Positions 21,101 through 27,443 of a DNA stretch of 27,443 nt are shown piece after piece (the first letter of the stretch is position 1; each line of letters begins with the position of its first letter). The position numbers and the translations under genes were made by a program. Below the pieces are notes generated by a model, which was not told the origin of the DNA, ran no database searches, and saw only the letters and a list, made by a program, of their open reading frames with translations. Origin of the DNA: Macrostomum lignano (lineage: Eukaryota); assembly GCA_002269645.1 (NCBI GenBank), contig NIVC01001851.1:1-27443 (forward strand). Reading direction: 5' to 3'.

Positions 21101-24100
21101 GACTGACTGACTGACTGACTGACTGACTGACTGACTGACTGACTGACTGACTGACTGACTGACTGACTGACTGACTGACTGACTGACTGACTGACTGACT
21201 GACTGACTGACTGACTGACTGACTGACTGACTGACTGACTGACTGACTGACTGACTGACTGACTGACTGACTGACTGACTGACTGACTGACTGACTGACT
21301 GACTGACTGACTGACTGACTGACTGACTGACTGACTGACTGACTGACTGACTGACTGACTGACTGACTGACTGACTGACTGACTGACTGACTGACTGACT
21401 GACTGACTGACTGACTGACTGACTGACTGACTGACTGACTGACTGACTGACTGACTGACTGACTGACTGACTGACATGAATAAGATGAACAGGAAACTCA
21501 CAGCAGTCGACTTTATGCTTCTTTGTATGTGTCACGCACTTTCGTTTCTTGCGGTCGAAGAACTGCAGTGTCTCCATGATGTTCAAATTGCCGTCATCTT
21601 GGCATGAGCCGATGCTTCGCTCCATTTTGTAGCAGGTCTTCTCGCCCTTTGATTCAGTTGGACCTTATAAATTTTAGCAGGGCAAAAGAAGATAGACAGT
21701 CGAAGTGCAGCGTTGACCGAGAGAAGGTAGGGGGTGGGATTTAGTCCTAAATTGATTGAATATAGACTACTGCGGTCCACTATTGAAATATATTTAGTCC
21801 GCAGACTTTGTCTGCTCGCTTTGTAAGTTAGATCAAGAAGACATCTAATTAGCAATCTAATGAAAACGAGTTTTACCTCACGAGGCCACGCATATTGTTA
21901 AGATAAGGATCTAGCAGTGAATGTCCATGACTCTGTCTGACTCTGCCTGTGCTAGTCTGGCCTCCTGAGGTAAAATGAAAAACTTGTTTCCACTCCAGAT
22001 TGCTAATTATAGAACTCCTTGGTTAGATCTAATCCAAAGTGAAATTAATAAAGTTCATGGCAGTTGCGAACGGGCAGAGATGATTTGCCATTTTGAAGAC
22101 TTGTGAAAGGCTGTGAATTCGTTTGTTAGCAACGTAGACTAGCTCCAGCTCGCAAGGCAATTGAATATACTACGTCGATCGGCCAGGAACGTCATCGTGA
22201 ACTATGAAGAGTTTTAAATTCAGGCTTTAAAGCGCGACGACAAAACCGATGCCCTCATACAATTTATCGCTGATGTACCTGATGACATGCGGCAATTTCT
22301 CAATGAAATACAGACCATTAGCCGAGCTTTGGATGGACATCTCATAATGTTGAAGCTTCTACTTAAAATTCCAAATTCATGGAACAAAAACCGTATTAAA
22401 CTGGATCAGTGGCAGCTCGCTGAAAGGCTATTGATGGAAGGATTCGGTAAGCTCCTGGTGTTCTGCGAAAAATGGGCTGCAACAAATGGCCAGCTGGAAT
22501 ACAAGGCCGTGCGCCTGAAGGAACGCGCTCTGTACAGGTACAAGACAACGTGGTCGATTTGTTTGGCTGCAAGCCCAACACGTGGTCTTATGCACATGCC
22601 TTTTGTGCGAGGAGGCATGACTCGCAAGCTGTTCGCTGAATTTGCAATGGAGCCCGCAGCTCTCGTTGCATATCCATTCTGCTTGTTTTTTATATGCTTG
22701 TTTTTCATTATTGTGTTCTACATATACATATTCTACATTCTACGCATCTGTAGCTTCATTTTCCTCTGACTAAATCCAAGCAACGTTGGCTAAACTTTCC
22801 TATTTCCATTATTTCTCAACTTTCAAACTGACTATAAATCAAATCCATTGTCTATGGCACATCGATACGGGACTAAATCCAACTCACTTCTTTAGTCACA
22901 CGCTGAATTTTGACTATGTCGATCTCACTTTTGCCCAACAAAAATGCGCATTCTAATAATCGAGATTTTAGTTTTCCCAACTCACCACACTCCACTAATG
23001 ACCTCTCGATCTGCTGTCTGCAGACTCCCATGCCAGACGAAGTGAGAGCGGCAGCAACATTGAACGTAAATTCTTGAAGCCCCCATCCAATGCAGGCTTC
23101 TCTCTTATTTGTCCGTCCCGAGTGTTTGCAGGTTGTTGGAAGACACATTTTATAATTTAAAGACTTGATGGACTCCATAGCCTTGTTCGTGTTCTTGAAA
23201 AGCAGGAAGTTGGTTCCAAAGACGGCCTTCAGCTCCTTACTGAAAATACAAGTCGAGGTCAAACGCTAAGCAGTGTTGAACGCGTGGCATTTGCGACTTC
23301 TAATAAAGAATCTCAAAGCATCGCCTCATGTTTTTTTACGATGATATTCAAGCTTGCGCTTGCAAACCAACATAATTGTCACCCATTCCAGGTTGGAAAA
23401 TGACGTATTGGGTACCATATTCAACGGCTGCTACAGTTAGATTGTGACCTGTATGAAAACTATCAAAATACTACGAGCAAGTGTAGCTAATCTCATTAAA
23501 ACACGATTTTCAAGCAAAGTCGCGAAAAAAATTCGTCTCAGTCTCACCTGTTCCACAACCCGCCGATTCCGACTGCGTGCACTGCGCTTTCCATCGACCG
23601 CGCGGCTGCGACTTCCGACTCAATCGAAGCCAGTTCCGCGTCGCTCGATCCCGTTATTCTCTCAGCGCACTGCCTGTCCTTTACCAGAGCTAAGAGTCTT
23701 GGAGTCGGAGCAGCCCTGGCCTTGTTGAGCACGGACTCCCGAGCCAGCTTGATGCCCTTCGAGATTTCGGCTCGTTCGGAACTCATCGTCAGCCTGTCGA
23801 CCGCAGAGTTAAAGTCCGACAGAGACGTCACGTCGTCGAAGTTGGCGAGAACCTGCGCAGTCTGCGACATGCCGATCAGAGCCAGTCGAGTTTTTGTCGG
23901 ACCGATTGGAAATTTAGAGACCAAGGCCTTCACCTCTGAGAGCAGCCTGTCGAACTGCTTTTGAGAGCATGAAGACGATGTGTCCACTGCGACCACCAAG
24001 TCGAGCTGAGTAATGCAGGGGCTTGTCGAGCAGCTGAGCTCAATCTGATGCACCAGTATTAGGAGAGCGATGGCAGACAGAACCTTCCAGCATCTTGGAT

Positions 24101-24116
24101 AAGTGTTCGAGTGCAT
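18001..24116 (-). CDS. Gene B: paralog of gene A, secreted tandem-VWA protein; complement(join(18001..18143,18504..18653,18852..19129,19612..20092,21502..21663,22986..23239,23548..24116)), 2037 nt, 678 aa
   Basis: Same 7 exons and intron phases as gene A, GT-AG sites, open frame to TGA; VWA motifs DTSSS and DKSGS...GTHT...ITDG. Confidence 0.88.
18201..18482. repeat. 29-bp minisatellite (about 9 copies) in intron 6 of gene B, reverse complement of the gene A array
   Basis: Direct reading. Confidence 0.96.
18504..18653 (-). CDS. Gene B exon 6
   Basis: Acceptor TTGTAG|, donor A|GTAAGT; 27 nt longer than gene A, with a duplicated LPTT motif. Confidence 0.85.
18852..19129 (-). CDS. Gene B exon 5
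   Basis: Acceptor CAACAG|G, donor A|GTAAGT; DELEMMTAPESDKN...LEGCS. Confidence 0.88.
19612..20092 (-). CDS. Gene B exon 4: VWA2
   Basis: Acceptor TTTCAG|CC, donor AA|GTAAGT; full MIDAS-type motifs DKSGS, THT, ITDG. Confidence 0.9.
20117..21475. repeat. (GACT)n = (CAGT)n microsatellite, about 340 units, filling intron 3 of gene B
   Basis: Direct reading; recurring TTGAGTG(AGTG)n interruptions. Confidence 0.98.
21502..21663 (-). CDS. Gene B exon 3
   Basis: Acceptor TATAAG|GT, donor T|GTGAGT; PTESKGEKTCYKMERSIGSC...KHKVDC. Confidence 0.8.
22224..22769 (+). other. Unassigned ORF nested antisense in intron 2 of gene B (possible exon(s) of a nested gene or pseudogene)
   Basis: Open frame from candidate acceptor TTCAG|GCT (22224) to 22769; protein-like composition; candidate donor G|GTAAGC at 22447; no recognisable family. 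Confidence 0.35.
22986..23239 (-). CDS. Gene B exon 2
   Basis: Acceptor TTTCAG|T, donor G|GTGAGT; about 65% aa identity to gene A exon 2. Confidence 0.88.
23548..24116 (-). CDS. Gene B coding exon 1: signal peptide plus VWA1
   Basis: 569 nt; 3 aa differences from gene A over 167 residues after the signal peptide. Confidence 0.9.
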
Positions 24117-26467
24117 TTTGATTTGTGAGCCGATTATTCAAGTGTAAGCTACGCTTTCGTTTCACCGCTAAAACGGTACGAAGTATCGCTTAAGCTGATC
24201 CTTTTGATTTACGTGCCTATATTGAAGCCTTTGCTTCGTTTGTCTTTGGCAAAAGCTCCTTTCTGTGTTACTGAAATGCGTCTCACTGTAACTGTACACG
24301 GGGCGTCTGAGCAAGTACAAGAGCTGGTTGAGAGGAATTTTAAATTACATCGCTTTTGATAGAATTATTCTAACCAAGTCTAACCAGCTTCTTTGCAATA
24401 CATCATGAATTGATTTGAATCTTTGCACTAATTTGGAATTTGGATAGGGGGTGAACAAGCAATGGGATAATTAGCGGCTCTTATGTCAACTTAAATTCAT
24501 TTTCTCCAATACGCTCGAATCGCTTCAATGTACTCTTTTTTAACATTCTGTTCTCTATAATCTGTAAATTGAAGGGCTTTGAGTGGTAGTAGAATTTAGC
24601 AAGCAAGCAAACTTGTATCGAGTTTATTTGCTTATAGCTAAACTTATAATAAGCAGTCTGTCCGCCACAAAATTGAGGAGTTGTTAATAACTATATTGAG
24701 CAAATTTTAATTGTCGATCGAACAGTGTTGCAAAGTGATAAAACAATATAGAACAAAGAAAAGGGAAAACTAAATCACAAAACCAAGCAAAAATGCTTGT
24801 ATAAATGTATAAAATTCTTTTAACAAATTTAGCATAGTAAAATAGTGGTTCATAAGCAGTGTTGGGTACATGTATATGCTGACAAACCCTGTCCCTCTTA
24901 ACATCAAAATCAAGTTTAGGAAGCATTAGAATTAGCTGGTCTGTCACCTCAGTCACCTGTGGATGCTGCAGTAGCTGACCTAGGCATCTCAGTTCTGGAT
25001 ATGTAACGAGGAATGTAGCGTCATTATATTACAAAGTGTTCCTAGTGGTCCTTGTGCTTGTGCTGCCTGGCCGCATGACTCTGCTGAACTTCGATCGCAC
25101 ACTATGGAACGGTCAAAAGATTGCGAACCGCATCCAGCTCAACAAAGACTGCGACGATACTACTTAGCATAGGTTTCCGGTTTTGCAGTCTCCCATCAGG
25201 CACTAACATACGCGAAGGTCGCTATACCTGCGGCGTTAGACTGAGAGCGGCTGGAGCAGAATAGATGACACGCGCATTTTGCTACCCGGACAATCCATTC
25301 CAAACAGATCCAGCCGAAATTGTGCTCGTCGCCCTTTAACAACCGTGAGATTAAAAAACATACAGTAATATGAGTATAGTCAAATTGCTTTCTAGCAAAC
25401 GCTAAGGTCACTTAGCTTAAGTTGACATAATAGTCCCTGCTTTTCCCCTTGCTTGTTGGCCCTATCCCACGTCCACGTTTAGTCGCGTCTTTTGCCACAC
25501 CAAGCTTCCTGCGTCACTGAGAACAGAATGGCAGATCATCTGTGTACATAGGTTACTCGGACTCAAATTTAGCTGTAAGTTAACGGATCCTTTTTTGCTA
25601 GGGCTCTTTTAAATCCTATAGGTTAGTTTGTTAATTTTGATTCTGTTTTGGAGGAGTTCTACTCAAATTTTTACCTGAAATTTCTAATCTTTTTTCTGTA
25701 GCCATCCAAGGCAACACTCGGACCTAGATTAGAATGTGTGAAACATTGTAAAGCGTAGCGTCTTATAATAACTACTGAGAGTTAAGGCTCATTCACACTG
25801 CAATAAAATGAAAGACCAAATCACACGAATCGTTTGACCACACAGAACTTCTAACTTTTTCTGTGATCACTTGAAGTCTCAGCTAACTTAGAAAATTTTC
25901 AAATTCAGCGAAAAAAGTTAATAACGCGAGGGCCAGTCATCACAATATACTAAATCTCTAAGATCTGTCCGTTTGTCTGTCTGACCGGTATTCCAGTCCA
26001 CAGCCTGAATGCCTGAACCGATTTTTTTCAAACTTGCTTTATTCAACTCAAAATTCTTGTGAGATTGTGTGGGTGAAACTGCATTGAAAATTCGAATGGG
26101 AAGTTGGTTAAATATTCTAAAAACGAGTTTTCCTAATGCTTTCAATGGAAAGCTAAAAAGGTCAAAATCTCACTAACTGAATTTCAATTCCAATTAAGAT
26201 TGCGCCACAACTTTTCTCTGTTCACTGTGTACGCCTCAATTCCAAAGGTTGCAATAAGTGAGAGGAAATGCTCAGTGGCTGTGTGTGTACATTCTGACCC
26301 TGGCTGACTGGCGGACTGCATAGACAATTGCTATTTATAGATTTCACTCAACTGTGCATTGGCTCTGCCTGCACACAACCTGTGCACACTGAGCAGCCTA
26401 TCACTGCTATGTATTTGACTGCAGTGCCGAAGCATATATGGCTGATTTTTGCGTCCTCCCATCAGTA

Positions 26468-26550
26468 GGCGGAATAGCCGCAGTGTACGCACTAGGACTA
26501 GGTTTAGGCTAGGCGTAAGGTCCAAGGTTCGAGTCTGCCTCCTCGGCGGA
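26468..26550 (+). other. tRNA-like Pol III promoter element (tRNA pseudogene or SINE head)
   Basis: A-box-like TAGCCGCAGTG (26475-26485) and B-box GGTTCGAGTC (26526-26535); no clean cloverleaf or acceptor stem. Confidence 0.4.
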
Positions 26551-27443
26551 TGATTAAAATTAAATTAATTTATTCATTTATATATAGCTTCGGGCTCAAC
26601 TAATAGAAATATTTTTGTTGAATTCGCAAGACACACTTAATGAATAAGTTTTGCCATACAAAATAATTCAAATTTACTAAGCAAATTTGATTTGTAAAAA
26701 ACTGCTTCGCGTATTACTCATCGCAGCAATGGGTACTGCCTAGCTCCATGAAAGTATCAAATTGCTAAGCTGCTAAATTTATTGTTAAAATGAAGGCTGA
26801 ATTGTGAAAAAAAACTGCCGATTTGTATCGAAAATTGATTAGTGAACCGTAATAAATGCTGAAAAAATCTTATTCTTAAAAGGATCCTTTATTTCATTTT
26901 GCTGAGGATACTGAAGAGCCGGCCGAGAGGAGAACTGCAGACTGCAAAGGGACAAACTGAAAACTGCTGAGGTAGTTCCTCCAGACTTATAAGCCTATAG
27001 CTGAAAACTGCTGAGGGGCTGCTTGGAGGATTGGTAGACTTCTGAGCAAGACAACTCTCAGAGAAGATAGGATAGCAAGACATCAGTTTCAAAACTGTAC
27101 AGTTTAAGTGATTAAGTGCAGGTTGTTTAGGGGATTACTGTGGACTGCTGAGTGGATTATTGTGGTTTGCTGACGGGACAGTTCTAGGCTGCTGAGGGGA
27201 GATAAATGCTTAATGTTAATGAAAGTTATAGACTGCAAGGGGATAACTCCAGGCTGCTAAGATAATGACTGCAGTCTGTTTTGTGGATTAGAAGGGATAA
27301 TTTCAGGTTGTTGTGGGCATATCTCAGGAATTGCTGAGATTCATGGCTTTTTGGGAATTTCTGAGATTTCAAGGCCCATGGGGAATTGCTGATATGCCAT
27401 GGCTTACTGGAAGAATCGAAGGCTTATGGGGGAAGTGCTGAGA

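Noticed and set aside
22279-22312. CTGATGA...GAAA hammerhead-like core
   Set aside because: Stem II does not pair convincingly and no stems I/III were found.
24980-25170. Short open frame with a hydrophobic stretch (VFLVVLVLVLPG)
   Set aside because: No in-frame start before the hydrophobic segment, no splice support, no recognisable homology.

Overview
Eukaryotic (invertebrate-like, GT-AG intron, simple-repeat-rich) genomic DNA. It is dominated by a convergent (tail-to-tail) inverted pair of paralogous 7-exon genes. Gene A is on + (6541-11296, predicted 672 aa) and gene B on - (24116-18001, predicted 678 aa). Both encode a secreted protein: signal peptide, VWA1, Cys-rich linker, VWA2, Cys-rich linker, Cys-rich C-terminus. 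All splice sites were placed by hand and exon phases are consistent in both copies. The paralogs are a mosaic. VWA1 (9 mismatches in 512 nt) and the intron 6/exon 7 end are nearly identical, including intronic sequence. The signal peptide, linkers and especially VWA2 (~40% aa identity) are strongly diverged. This suggests gene conversion between the inverted arms around a diversified central domain. Both copies keep a (CAGT)n microsatellite filling intron 3 and a 29-bp minisatellite in intron 6. The 6.7-kb spacer holds a decayed Gypsy integrase fragment, a 2217-bp solo-LTR-like element (4-bp TSD, CRE/CCAAT/TATA promoter pointing at gene A antisense) and a 9-bp satellite. The left flank is a cluster of MITE-like elements and minisatellites. 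Most long ORFs in the supplied track are artefacts of tandem repeats. Family assignments come from motif recognition only; no database search was run.
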